Below, piece after piece: positions 20,600-30,784 of a stretch of DNA of 64,000 nt. The position numbers and the translations under genes are program-made. Position 1 is the stretch's first letter; every line of letters begins with the position of its first letter. The notes under the pieces are model-generated. The model was given only the letters and a program-made list of their open reading frames with translations, was not told the DNA's origin and ran no database searches. Source of the DNA: an uncultured bacterium (lineage in GTDB: Bacteria; Patescibacteriota; Minisyncoccia; Moranbacterales; GWC2-37-73); the NCBI GenBank assembly GCA_903861715.1, contig CAIOVI010000019.1, positions 5,936-69,935 of the forward strand, read 5' to 3'.

Positions 20600-21283
20600 A
20601 TGCGGAAAATATTTTTAGACATCGAAACTTTGCCGGCAGGCGAGGATAAGTTTGAAATTTTGCAAAAACTATATGACAAGAAAGTCGCCAAGCAAGGAAG
20701 CGAAAAAAGTGAAGGCGAAACTTTTGAAGATTTCGTCGGGGCGACCAATTTTGATGGCGCTTTCGGGCGCATTTTGTGCATCGGCTTTGCCATTGACGAT
20801 GGCGCGCCAGAAACGCTTTATCACGAAAACGATGAGCGCCAAACGCTGAAACGCTTTTGGGAAATTGTCGATTCCATCAGTTCGCCTTCACGGGGTGGCT
20901 ATGGCGGTCCAGATTATGGTGTGCAATTTGTTGGACACAACGTGATGGATTTTGATTTGCGTTTCATTTATCAACGCTCGATTGTGCTGGATGTTAAACC
21001 TGCCTACGAACTGAATTTTGCTCGCTATCGAAATTATCCAATCTTTGACACGATGCGGGAATGGTCCAAATGGAGCAGTGGGATGATTGGTTTGGAAAAG
21101 TTGGCGTTGGCCTTGGGCGTGCCTTCGCCAAAAGATGAAGGCATCGACGGCAGCCAAGTCGCTGAGTTTTTCGCCAACGGAAAGGTGAACGATATTTTAG
21201 AATATTGCAAACGCGACGTGCAGACGACCAGAGATGTCTATCGCAAAATGACTTTCGACAAACCCGCCAATAAACTTTTTTAA
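20600..21283 (+). CDS. Stand-alone PolB-like 3'-5' exonuclease (DnaQ-like)
   Basis: FLDIET, GHNVMDFDLRFI, EYCKRDV. Confidence 0.85.
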   Translation: MRKIFLDIETLPAGEDKFEILQKLYDKKVAKQGSEKSEGETFEDFVGATNFDGAFGRILCIGFAIDDGAPETLYHENDERQTLKRFWEIVDSISSPSRGGYGGPDYGVQFVGHNVMDFDLRFIYQRSIVLDVKPAYELNFARYRNYPIFDTMREWSKWSSGMIGLEKLALALGVPSPKDEGIDGSQVAEFFANGKVNDILEYCKRDVQTTRDVYRKMTFDKPANKLF

Positions 21284-21298
21284 GCGTTAATTTTTTAT

Positions 21299-21333
21299 GG
21301 AGGCTCAACCTCCATAATGGAGGTTGAGCCTCC
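21299..21333. repeat. REP-like double palindrome (family with 36059, 39711, 40699, 41452)
   Basis: GGAGGCTCAACCTCC-ATAAT-GGAGGTTGAGCCTCC. Confidence 0.9.
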
Positions 21334-21344
21334 ATAAAAACACT

Positions 21345-21668
21345 ATGCAACAAATCAAAGAAAAAATTGTGACCCTCAAAGATAAAGGTGCGGAACTTGA
21401 AAGGGAAATTCGTGAAAAAACCTTGGGCTATATTCTCACCAGTTTTGGACTCGTCGCTGGCCTGGCTTGGAACGAAGCCATTAAAGCTTTCATTGAAAGA
21501 TTTTTCTCTGATTCAAGCGGCGGTCTGCTGGCTAAATTTCTCTACGCAATTGTTGTGACCATCGTGGTGGTGCTGATTTCACTTTATTTGACCAGACTTT
21601 TCAAGGTCGACAAAAAAGCCAAAGGCGTTGAAAAAGAGGAGGCAAAGACGGCGAAGAGAACGAAATAG
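21345..21668 (+). CDS. DUF5654-like small membrane protein
   Basis: SFGLVAGLAWNEAIK...KFLYAIVVT; start moved past the REP. Confidence 0.8.
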   Translation: MQQIKEKIVTLKDKGAELEREIREKTLGYILTSFGLVAGLAWNEAIKAFIERFFSDSSGGLLAKFLYAIVVTIVVVLISLYLTRLFKVDKKAKGVEKEEAKTAKRTK

Positions 21669-21896
21669 TTTTTTACTGCCACACTACTTCATATGGTAGT
21701 GTTTTTTTGGGTTAAAAAAGTTTAATTTTTGAGAATAACTTGCGTATGGTGGATTGCTTGCATTTTGGGAAAAATTGGGCGATACTGAGCTATGAAATAT
21801 TGACTAGTTTTAGGAAGTTAATTTAATAGGTGGAAATAAGGCAAAGACTAAACTTTCAGAGCACTGAAGGTTCAGTTTTTTTGAAAAAAATTTTCC

Positions 21897-24800
21897 ATGG
21901 AACAAGGAATTTTCAGCAAGCAACAGCTCAAAGATGAACTCAGGCGAATGGTGGGAGCGACGGTATATTCGCGAGGGGTGAGTTATTATCGAGACGATTT
22001 GGTTGGGCAAATCACGTCGCAACTTTTGCAGGGAGGAAAAATAAAGCTCTCGGCTTTTGTGATGGGTTCTGATGAATATAAAACGACTGCAGTTTTTGAT
22101 TTTAGCAAAAATAGTTTCCAAAAATTCATTTGCAGTTGTCCCTATGATTGGGGAGATTGCAAGCACGCCGTGGCGTTGGCGCTCAAATTTTTGGATTTTT
22201 ATGCACAATTTCTGGAGGAAGAAAATATTGTTGAAAATGAAGGCGAAGATTTTGGAGGCAGTTTAGTTTTGTGGCTGAAAAAAATTGCACAAAACAAAAC
22301 ACAAAGCTGGGAAGATGCAGAATATTATGCGGATGAGGATGAGGAAATAGCTGAAGAATATGCGCCAAGAAGCAAAAGTAAAATCAAAATCAAAGATGCG
22401 GAAATTGTGACCTCAAAAAAACAAGAAAATAATGAAATTGCAGATTTGAAAGCTCGGCTCAAATCCATCGGCATTGATGCCGAAAATATTCCGGATTTTG
22501 TGTTGAAAGAACTTGAGAAAAAAGTCTCCGTTGGGAGTTTGCAGCTTGGCGTGCAAGCAGAATCGCTAGAAAAACCAAGGGTGGTGGAAAATCTCGGCGA
22601 GCGTTTTTTGCAAAAATATTGTTTGGTGCTGAAAACTGATTATCAATTCAAAATCGAATTACACGAGAAAAACAAGCCCAACGATAGTTATTGGATGGTT
22701 AATGCTGGCGAATTGTTGGGGCGTGAAAAAAATCAACTTACGGGAAAGCAGAAAGAATTATTGTCAGCCTTAAGTGATGTTAGTGCTTGGTATAATGATG
22801 ATGAGTCAAGTGACTATGGGAAAATTTTAAGCTTAGCGAAAGAAATAGGGGTTAGTATTTTTGCGAATAGCAAAGCTGCTAGCAGTCGGGTGACTTTCAG
22901 GGATGATGGATCCAAATTTAAAGCAAAATTATTTTTCAAAAAAGAATATGATTGGCAGGGCACAGAAAGAGTTGAGCAAGAAAAACTTTTGTTTGGTTTA
23001 GCTGGAGAATTTTTTTTGACCAAGCAAAATAGGATGTATTTGCGAGGGCAATATTTAATTGTGCTTGATAATTTTCAATTAGCAATAATTTCTTTGCCAG
23101 AAATTTTGGCTGGAGCTGTTGGGAAAATTATGAAAAGCATTAGTTATTATCAAAATTATTATTATCAGCCTAATGACAACGAGCTGCTGAATAGAGCTGA
23201 GACAATTTTGGAAGACACGGAAATAATTCGACTTAATGAATTTATCGAAAAAGTCAGGGAACTTTTTGAATTAGAAACTGATTTGTCTGCGAAATTTGAA
23301 ATTAAAGAATTTAAAAAGCTTGGACCTGCAATTATGGTCGACTATGACAATGCTAACCATTTTTTGCAATTGCGCGCCACGATGGATTATGGTTTTGCCA
23401 AGTTTGATGTGGCGCAAATAGTTTATAAATCAATGCGGGGTGGCAAACCAAGTTTTCAAAAAAGATATTTTTCCGGACGCGAAAAATATCACTTGGAAAT
23501 TGTGGGCGACAAAATCAATTATGCGAAAATGGCCTCCAAGGCTGAAATTGCCTTGTTTCGAAAATTTTCTCAAGAGGAGCAATTGGGTTTTTCGAAAACG
23601 GTGCATTGCGTGAAAAAAAGCGTCAAACAAATCGAAAAATTTCAAAGCGAAAATTGGACAAATGTGAAAGCCCTCGGTTACCCCTTGGAATATATTCATG
23701 ACAATTTTGATTTCGTGGAAGAAAACTTCAAAGTTGACTATGACGTTTCTTTTGACAAATCCAATGATTGGTTTGAATTTGATGTGGCTTGCTATTGTGG
23801 GGAAAATAACATCACCCTAGAAGATTTGCAAAAATATATTAAAGATAAACAACAATTTTTGAAATTAGCTGACGGTCGAATTTTAAAAATAACCAACCGT
23901 GCGGAATTGGAAAAATTCGTGCGGATGTTGGAAAGTTTTTATCAAAGAGAAGGCCAAAAATTTGAAGGCAAACTTTTTCACGCCCCAGAACTGGAAGATG
24001 TGCTAACAAGTTCACCGTATTATAGCGGGAAAATTGCCAAGAGTTTTAAGAATTTTATGGCTGAAGCGCAGAGTGGTAAGCCAGTAGAGAAAGTGGCAAT
24101 TCCTGCCAAAATTAAAAAACCTTTGCGCGACTATCAGAAAGATGGCATCAACTGGTTTTATTTTTTGCGCAAATATCGCTTTGGTGGAATTTTGGCTGAT
24201 GACATGGGGTTGGGCAAAACGTTGCAGGCCCTGAGTTTGATTGAAATGAACAAAATCAAAAAGAAACCTTCAATTGTGATTTGTCCGAAAACATTGCTTT
24301 TCAATTGGGAAGATGAAGCCATCAAATTTTTTCCAGCGATGAAAGTTTTGGTCATCAGTGGCGCACCGACCGAAAGACAAGCTCAACTTAAAACTTTGAA
24401 AAAAGTTGACTTGGTGATTACTTCCTATCCTTCAGTCAAAAAAGATCAACTTGAATACGATAAACTGAAATTCAATTATTGCTTTTTGGATGAGGCGCAA
24501 TATATCAAAAATCACAAAACCCAGAACGCTAAAGCCGTTAGAAAAATAAACGCCGACTATCGTTTGGCGCTCACGGGCACACCTTTGGAAAATTCTGTTT
24601 CAGAAATTTGGTCGCTGTTTGAATTTTTGATGCCAGGATTTTTGGGCACTCAGCACGCTTTTGCAGAAAAATTTGAAAGACCCATCATGAAAGAGGCAGA
24701 TAGCACAGCCTTGGAAGCTTTGCGCAAGAAAACAGCCTGCTTTGTGTTGCGTCGCACGAAGGAAAAAGTGCTGAAAGAATTGCCAGCGAAAATTCAACAA

Positions 24801-25511
24801 GTTTCGCATTGCCAACTTGGAAGCGAACAAAATATTTTGTATCAAGAAATTTTGAAGAATGTGAAAAATGATTTAGCCGAGGTGGTGGCGGAAAAAGGTT
24901 TTGCCAAATCGCAGATTCACATTTTGGCAGGGCTGACCAAGTTGCGTCAAGTTTGCAATCATCCAGTCTTGCTCCTGAAAGACAAAAATCACAAAAAATA
25001 TGCTTCCGCTAAATTGGAATTATTCTTGGAATTGGTTGGCGAAATTGTTTCGGCCGGCAGAAAAGTTTTGGTCTTCAGTCAATTCACGCAGATGCTGGAT
25101 ATTTTGGCCAAAGAATTAGAAGAGCAGGAAATTGGCTATCATTATCTGTCTGGCAAAACCAATAACCGCAAAGAATTGGTGCAAGATTTCAACAGCAATG
25201 AAAAAATCCCGGTCTTTTTAATAAGCTTAAAGGCTGGTGGCACGGGGCTTAATCTGACTTCGGCTGACAATGTGATCATCTTTGATCCTTGGTGGAATCC
25301 TAGCGTCGAAAATCAAGCCATTGATCGGGCTCATCGTATTGGTCAGAAAAATTCTGTCAATGTCTATCGCCTGATTGTCAAAGGCACGATTGAGGAAAAA
25401 ATCGTGGCCTTGCAAAACAAGAAAAAATCACTTTTCGACAATATGATCGGCGAAAGCAATGACCTTTTCAGGAAACTCACCTGGTCAGACGTGAAAGAAC
25501 TGTTCCAATAG
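21897..25511 (+). CDS. SWIM-domain SNF2 family helicase
   Basis: CSCPY..CKH SWIM; ADDMGLGKT, DEAQ, LTGTP, SLKAGGTGLNL, QAIDRAHRIGQ. Confidence 0.96.
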   Translation: MEQGIFSKQQLKDELRRMVGATVYSRGVSYYRDDLVGQITSQLLQGGKIKLSAFVMGSDEYKTTAVFDFSKNSFQKFICSCPYDWGDCKHAVALALKFLDFYAQFLEEENIVENEGEDFGGSLVLWLKKIAQNKTQSWEDAEYYADEDEEIAEEYAPRSKSKIKIKDAEIVTSKKQENNEIADLKARLKSIGIDAENIPDFVLKELEKKVSVGSLQLGVQAESLEKPRVVENLGERFLQKYCLVLKTDYQFKIELHEKNKPNDSYWMVNAGELLGREKNQLTGKQKELLSALSDVSAWYNDDESSDYGKILSLAKEIGVSIFANSKAASSRVTFRDDGSKFKAKLFFKKEYDWQGTERVEQEKLLFGLAGEFFLTKQNRMYLRGQYLIVLDNFQLAIISLPEILAGAVGKIMKSISYYQNYYYQPNDNELLNRAETILEDTEIIRLNEFIEKVRELFELETDLSAKFEIKEFKKLGPAIMVDYDNANHFLQLRATMDYGFAKFDVAQIVYKSMRGGKPSFQKRYFSGREKYHLEIVGDKINYAKMASKAEIALFRKFSQEEQLGFSKTVHCVKKSVKQIEKFQSENWTNVKALGYPLEYIHDNFDFVEENFKVDYDVSFDKSNDWFEFDVACYCGENNITLEDLQKYIKDKQQFLKLADGRILKITNRAELEKFVRMLESFYQREGQKFEGKLFHAPELEDVLTSSPYYSGKIAKSFKNFMAEAQSGKPVEKVAIPAKIKKPLRDYQKDGINWFYFLRKYRFGGILADDMGLGKTLQALSLIEMNKIKKKPSIVICPKTLLFNWEDEAIKFFPAMKVLVISGAPTERQAQLKTLKKVDLVITSYPSVKKDQLEYDKLKFNYCFLDEAQYIKNHKTQNAKAVRKINADYRLALTGTPLENSVSEIWSLFEFLMPGFLGTQHAFAEKFERPIMKEADSTALEALRKKTACFVLRRTKEKVLKELPAKIQQVSHCQLGSEQNILYQEILKNVKNDLAEVVAEKGFAKSQIHILAGLTKLRQVCNHPVLLLKDKNHKKYASAKLELFLELVGEIVSAGRKVLVFSQFTQMLDILAKELEEQEIGYHYLSGKTNNRKELVQDFNSNEKIPVFLISLKAGGTGLNLTSADNVIIFDPWWNPSVENQAIDRAHRIGQKNSVNVYRLIVKGTIEEKIVALQNKKKSLFDNMIGESNDLFRKLTWSDVKELFQ

Positions 25512-25690
25512 TAAAATTGATATAGGAAAATTATTCTTTTCAAGCAGCAAAAATGGGAGCAGAGTGGGGATGCGGGTTAATTATGGTTGCTGCGTAGCAG
25601 GCTACGTAACAAACGTAGCAAAATTAAAATAACCCTTATTAGGTAACAGCGTGGTGTGATAAATTACCACATTATCAAAAGTAAAGCGCA

Positions 25691-25748
25691 TTTTTCAAAT
25701 CTGACATTTACTTTGATACTCGAAAGTATCAAAGTAAATGTCACCAAA
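25691..25748 (+). repeat. Direct repeat copy 1 with a perfect 19-bp hairpin
   Basis: TGACATTTACTTTGATACT-CGAA-AGTATCAAAGTAAATGTCA (25702-25743). Confidence 0.85.
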
Positions 25749-25771
25749 TTTAAATTCATAAAAGGAGCACC

Positions 25772-26314
25772 ATGAGCAACAAATTTAACAATCTGAAAGA
25801 AGAAGATTTGATCAAATTTTTGGATGAGGGAAGTTTAAAAGAGGATGAAATTGCTGATTTTATGCAGGCCATGCAGAACAGGGGGCTGGCAGGTTCGATT
25901 ATGCAGTTGGATGACCCAAATTCCAGAGAGGGAAAATCAACTATTGAATATGTGAGCTATCATGAGAAAATTCCGCGGGAATATTTTTTGGAAATGCCAG
26001 AAGGTGAAATCATCAAAGCGCAGAAAACTTTGCTTTCGCAGGATTCCCTGATTGAAGATAAGAAAGTGGCATTGCTGGTTCTGGCTCATGCGAAAAAAGA
26101 GGTGGCACGTGAAGCCTTGCAAAAATATTCTGAAAATCCAAATGAAAGTCTGCGAACTTGGGCAACTTTGGCCTTGCAAGAATGTGAAAGTTTTTTGGAG
26201 AAAAATGAAAATGAAAAACCAAAAATTCTTTTTCAAAAAATCAAAAGCACCAAGCGAAATGACCCTTGCCCATGTGGGTCTGGCAAGAAATTTAAAAAAT
26301 GTTGCTTGGAATAG
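25772..26314 (+). CDS. SEC-C motif protein
   Basis: C-terminal RNDPCPCGSGKKFKKCC. Confidence 0.9.
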   Translation: MSNKFNNLKEEDLIKFLDEGSLKEDEIADFMQAMQNRGLAGSIMQLDDPNSREGKSTIEYVSYHEKIPREYFLEMPEGEIIKAQKTLLSQDSLIEDKKVALLVLAHAKKEVAREALQKYSENPNESLRTWATLALQECESFLEKNENEKPKILFQKIKSTKRNDPCPCGSGKKFKKCCLE

Positions 26315-26359
26315 CCTTCAATTTTAATTATTCAGGTTAACAGCTGATCTAGCTTTTCT

Positions 26360-26417
26360 TTTTTCAAAAGTGGCAAACACTTTGATACTCGAAAGTATCA
26401 AAGCAAATGTCACCAAA
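26360..26417 (+). repeat. Direct repeat copy 2
   Basis: ACTTTGATACTCGAAAGTATCAAAGCAAATGTCACCAAA, 38/39 identical to copy 1. Confidence 0.85.
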
Positions 26418-26546
26418 CTGAGGAAGCTTTTTGGAAAATTATTGTGTCTGAATTCACAGGTTAATATTTTTGGATTATTTTGAAATTGTGTGGTATAATA
26501 TCGATATCAGTTTTTCAACTTTTAAAGGGCTTGGCTTAAAACAAAA

Positions 26547-26969
26547 ATGAAAATTCTTGGCATTATTTTGGCCTCTCTTGCGTTTGCCGGCGTGATCATC
26601 TCACCGTTTTTTTGGTTGGGTTTTTTGCGGGCGAAAAGCGTGGGGCGATATTTGGTTGTGAGTTCAATTTTAACCTTACTATTTTTCTGGTTTTCTTTGA
26701 CATGGCTGTATGATTTTTTATTAAAGCCTGTAAATAGTTATGACGTCCTTTATTATTTTGATAACATATCTTTAGGATATTCATTTATGGTATTTTTTTT
26801 CATAATTATTTCTCCTTTGATTTTCATTAAAATTGTCCAACAAAAATTCACGCTGAAAAGTTTTGCGGGCGGGCTGCTTCTTTCTTTGGTCCTTTTCATT
26901 TCGATTTTCTTGTTTTGGGCGCTGGTGCTGTTGCCACAGGCTTTCAATCAATTGCACAATTATTTTTAG
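26547..26969 (+). CDS. Hypothetical 4-TM membrane protein
   Basis: 140 aa hydrophobic ORF. Confidence 0.7.
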   Translation: MKILGIILASLAFAGVIISPFFWLGFLRAKSVGRYLVVSSILTLLFFWFSLTWLYDFLLKPVNSYDVLYYFDNISLGYSFMVFFFIIISPLIFIKIVQQKFTLKSFAGGLLLSLVLFISIFLFWALVLLPQAFNQLHNYF

Positions 26970-27060
26970 TTTCTGATCTTAAGCTAACTGCACCTAAAGA
27001 GGCTAAGCCTCTGAGTAATAATTATTTTTTGTTTTCAAAAAGAGGGGGAGCGCATTAGAT

Positions 27061-30000
27061 ATGCGAAAGAAAATTTTTCCAGGACTTCACTTGGGAATTG
27101 CAATGCTCGTTTGGATTTTTTGGGGCGTCAAAGTGGCGCAGGCTTTGGTTTTGGTGACCAATGATGTCATTGTGCCAACAACTTGGACAAAGGCCAATAG
27201 CCCTTATGTCATTCAAAATTTCATTGAAATCAAAGCACCGCTGGTCATTGAAGCTGGCACCGTGATCAAATTTCAAAATTTTGAAAGTGATGGCGGACCG
27301 ACAGTGCCCGGCCTGGGCATTCAAAGTGCTTTCACGGCTGTGGGCAGTCCTTTGGAAAAGATTGTGTTCACAAGTGCCTGTGACTCTAATTATGGTGGGG
27401 ACACGCAGCAAGATTGTTCCTCCAAAATGCCTAGTCGCAGCGGAAGTTGGGATAGCCTCAGGGTTTGGGTCGGATTTGGTCAGCCAGTTTTGATTGAATA
27501 TGTCAAAATTTTGAATGCTAGCAATGGCGTAACTTATGTAAATTCTCAGTGCAATTTTTCCTATCGGGATTTGACGGTCAGAAACACCGAAATCAGTTTT
27601 GCTTCTTCTGCTGGAATAGCGCTTCAATGCGTTCAGCCAATTTTGGACAGCTTGAAGCTAACGTTTAATTACGACGGGATTTATGTTAGTAACTCGGTTT
27701 ATAATTACACGCCGAAAATTAGAAATAGCATCCTTAGCGACAACCGGAATGCTGGCGTAGAGGCATATCGGTACACTTACTTTGATGCCAGATATAATTA
27801 TTGGGGAGATGCTAGTGGGCCATATTATGGTTATGATAATCAAGGCAACACAGAGGGCCCCAATAAAAGCGGTTCGGGCAATCGTATTGTTGGAACCAGT
27901 GTGCTGTTTCGACCTTGGGACAAAAGCGATCCAACCATTCCGAAAAAACCAGTGATTTTCATTCCCGGCATTGGCGCTTCCATCAACCCAGATTTGATGA
28001 TTGGTGGAGTTTTCGCTGACAATTGGACGATGTTTGATCACACCTATGACGGCATCCTCAAAGCTTTCAAGGTCATGGGTTATCAAGAAGGCAAGAATTT
28101 TTTCATTGCCTATTATGACTGGCGTCAAGGCAACGGCGAGTCAGCGGAAAAATATCTCAAGCCCCTCATCAAAAAAGCGCTGACACTGAATGATGTGACG
28201 CAGGTGAACCTCGTGACTCATTCCATGGGATCGTTGGTGGCGCGCAGCTATGTGCAAAGTTCCAGCTATGCCAACAACGTGGACAATTTGATTATGATTG
28301 CGCCACCCAATCGAGGTTCTTCAGATGTTTATACTTTGTGGGAAGGCGGTTATATTCCAAAAAATTGGAGTAGTAGAACAGCCATGGTTTATTATCTTGC
28401 ATATTTGCAGTTAATAAATTTAGAAACTAGTAGATATAATATTATTCATAAATATATTCCTTCCCTCAAAGATTTGCTGCCAGTTTATGATTTTCTTTTT
28501 CCAACTGGCAAGGCAGACGAACTCAAAAATTTTTTTGACATGCAAGAGCGGAATGATTTTTTGCTGGATTTGAATAAGTCGGTTGCTGGCTTGAAAACCA
28601 AAACTGATTTGAGCATCATTTTGGGCGACAAACAGCCGACTGTGAGCAAAATTCCATTTGTTGATTCTGATCAAGCGGGGCTTTGGTTGGATGGCAAGCC
28701 GAGTCCGCTCGATCCAGTGCGAGATGATGCCAGCGGTGATGGCGAAGTGCTGAGATTATCTGGTGACATTCCCAGCAATTTTTGGGCAGTGCTGAACTAT
28801 GACCACAGTGCAATTGTCAGCAAATCGGAGAAAATTGTGGCTGATCTGCTGGGCGAAACTTTGACTGACACTTTCGATTCACCAGAAATTAAAGATGAAA
28901 TTATTTTTTGGACCGATGCACCAGGAGATTTGAAAGTATCTGACCCAGATGGAGCCTCGGCGCCCAAGGATAACAATGAAGACACTGATGTCCGCTATGC
29001 GCAGGAGGAAGGCAAGGATGGTTTCAAAATCGTGTCAGTGCCGAATGTGAAAAATGGGCAATATCACGTTGAGCTTCAAGGTCATGAAAATGGGAACTAT
29101 CATTTAGCAACTGAATATGTCGATCACAAAAACGAAAATCAGCAAGAGGCAGTTCAAGTCGTTCAGACTCAGAAAGATCAAACGCAAAATTTTGTGGTGA
29201 CAGTTGATCCGAAAAATCCAGTCACGCCAATTCAAGATGTTCAATTGCAAGATGAAATTGCGCCAACCATCACATTGCAAGCTCCCGAGGATGGCAAGGC
29301 ATATGCCAATGATCAAATTTTGCCAATTGTTTTTTCAGTTTCGGATAATGTTTCCAAAGAAGAAGATCTTGTGGTTGAAAAATATCTGGATGATGACAGT
29401 CAGCTGTTTGAGGCGGACTCGATTGATTTTGCAAAGCTTGCGCTGGGCCAGCATGTTTTTTGGATCAATGTTTATGATGAGGCAGGGAACTACAACTCCG
29501 TCGGAGTGTCGTTTGAAGTCAAGCAAGCTGAAACTCCAAGCAATCCGCCGGCAGACAATGGCAGTGGCAATCAAGACCAGACTGGTGGAAGTGGCGGCGC
29601 TGGCGGCGGAAATCAAAACAATGGAAATACTGATCCAGATTCAGGTTCTAATTCAAATGGTGGCTCTAATTCTAATTCTAATTCTAATTCTAATTCAGGC
29701 AGCCAGCCAGTGACGGAAGCTGTAGTTGCGCCAACCCAGTCAGCGGCGGCTCAGGAAAATTCTGGTTCAAATCGAAAAAAAACAGCCAGCCACAAAAAGA
29801 AAAAACAAATCAAAACAATTTCAACAACAACGAAATTTATTGAAGGTGGTGGCGTGACAAAATCCAGTGAGCCAATAAAAGTGCTTTTCAGTTCAAATTT
29901 TAATTTGTCGAAAAATTCTGAAGAGCAGCAGAATTTGTTTTATCAAGTCCTGGAAGAAAATCTCAAAGGGCAGTTGCTAGCTATGGAGGAAAATCCAATT

Positions 30001-30282
30001 CAAGATGAAGAAACTTTCGTTACTTTTCAAGCAATGCGACAAAGAAATTCTTTTTTCGCCATACTGGCTAGGGCTGACAAAAATTTGTTTAAATTTCTTG
30101 GCGGGCCAATCGTGTTGGGCGCAGAGCGCAATAGCAAACAAGCGGATGCAAATTTTGAGCAGTTGCGTGCTGCTCAAAAAAAGGCTGAAAAAAGCAGGCT
30201 AGCTTTATTGCTCGAATTTGCATTTGCCTTGGCCGCCACAATTTTCTTTGCCCTTAGTTTTTTCAGGGCTCGTTTCAAATAA
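27061..30282 (+). CDS. Large secreted, C-terminally anchored protein: beta-helix + alpha/beta-hydrolase (LCAT/PGAP1-like) + Ig-like domains
   Basis: Signal peptide; TWTKANSPY; DARYNYWG; PVIFIPGIGAS, YYDWRQ, THSMG, GDGEV, DHS; Asn/Ser/Gly linker; C-terminal TM. Confidence 0.8.
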   Translation: MRKKIFPGLHLGIAMLVWIFWGVKVAQALVLVTNDVIVPTTWTKANSPYVIQNFIEIKAPLVIEAGTVIKFQNFESDGGPTVPGLGIQSAFTAVGSPLEKIVFTSACDSNYGGDTQQDCSSKMPSRSGSWDSLRVWVGFGQPVLIEYVKILNASNGVTYVNSQCNFSYRDLTVRNTEISFASSAGIALQCVQPILDSLKLTFNYDGIYVSNSVYNYTPKIRNSILSDNRNAGVEAYRYTYFDARYNYWGDASGPYYGYDNQGNTEGPNKSGSGNRIVGTSVLFRPWDKSDPTIPKKPVIFIPGIGASINPDLMIGGVFADNWTMFDHTYDGILKAFKVMGYQEGKNFFIAYYDWRQGNGESAEKYLKPLIKKALTLNDVTQVNLVTHSMGSLVARSYVQSSSYANNVDNLIMIAPPNRGSSDVYTLWEGGYIPKNWSSRTAMVYYLAYLQLINLETSRYNIIHKYIPSLKDLLPVYDFLFPTGKADELKNFFDMQERNDFLLDLNKSVAGLKTKTDLSIILGDKQPTVSKIPFVDSDQAGLWLDGKPSPLDPVRDDASGDGEVLRLSGDIPSNFWAVLNYDHSAIVSKSEKIVADLLGETLTDTFDSPEIKDEIIFWTDAPGDLKVSDPDGASAPKDNNEDTDVRYAQEEGKDGFKIVSVPNVKNGQYHVELQGHENGNYHLATEYVDHKNENQQEAVQVVQTQKDQTQNFVVTVDPKNPVTPIQDVQLQDEIAPTITLQAPEDGKAYANDQILPIVFSVSDNVSKEEDLVVEKYLDDDSQLFEADSIDFAKLALGQHVFWINVYDEAGNYNSVGVSFEVKQAETPSNPPADNGSGNQDQTGGSGGAGGGNQNNGNTDPDSGSNSNGGSNSNSNSNSNSGSQPVTEAVVAPTQSAAAQENSGSNRKKTASHKKKKQIKTISTTTKFIEGGGVTKSSEPIKVLFSSNFNLSKNSEEQQNLFYQVLEENLKGQLLAMEENPIQDEETFVTFQAMRQRNSFFAILARADKNLFKFLGGPIVLGAERNSKQADANFEQLRAAQKKAEKSRLALLLEFAFALAATIFFALSFFRARFK

Positions 30283-30287
30283 AAGTG

Positions 30288-30408
30288 TATTAATACCCCA
30301 GGGCAAGCCTGCCTACCGGTAGGCAGGCCCTGGACCCTTCGGGCTCACATCGATAAAATTGGTGAGGTATCAATCTTTTGTTATCGTCGCTCACTTCGCT
30401 AGATAATA
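30288..30408 (-). mobile_element. Non-autonomous IS200/IS605-like or structured repeat, copy 2
   Basis: Reverse complement matches 14511-14678 apart from an ~45-nt indel. Confidence 0.55.
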
Positions 30409-30751
30409 AACATCCAGCCAATGAGCTTAATTATTTTCTGTTACAATATTTCAGTATATTGTAATATCCCACAATTGAAATTTTTAGCTATCGCCCGCCT
30501 GTCACGATATGACATTTCGGGCAGGCAATTATTTTCAACTCTAAAAGCTTTTGACTTTGTTACCATACAACTACATATGGTAACGAAGTCAAAAAGTCCA
30601 TTCAACCACATAAGGACATCTCGAAAAGCTAGTGGTATTTAATGGTAAATTGGTTTAGTTTGTTTTAATTTTTTTAGTTTTTTATTTCGGGGTGCATAAT
30701 TGAAATTTTTAGCTATCGCAATTTTTTTCAACTCTTTTAAAAATCAAAACC

Positions 30752-30784
30752 AAAAATCCCCAGCCTTTCGGCAGGGGATTTTTT
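30752..30784 (-). terminator. Intrinsic terminator downstream of rpmB
   Basis: AAAAATCCCC..GGGGATTTTTT hairpin. Confidence 0.65.

Noticed and set aside
21897-25511. SNF2 helicase as part of a defence system (DISARM/Zorya-like)
   Set aside because: SWIM-SNF2 architecture with no methylase or partner defence genes adjacent
25691-26417. Integron attC cassette
   Set aside because: No RYYYAAC/GTTRRRY cores and no integrase in the window
30421-30642. 73-aa ORF
   Set aside because: Runs through stacked palindromic elements and shows no protein-like signal
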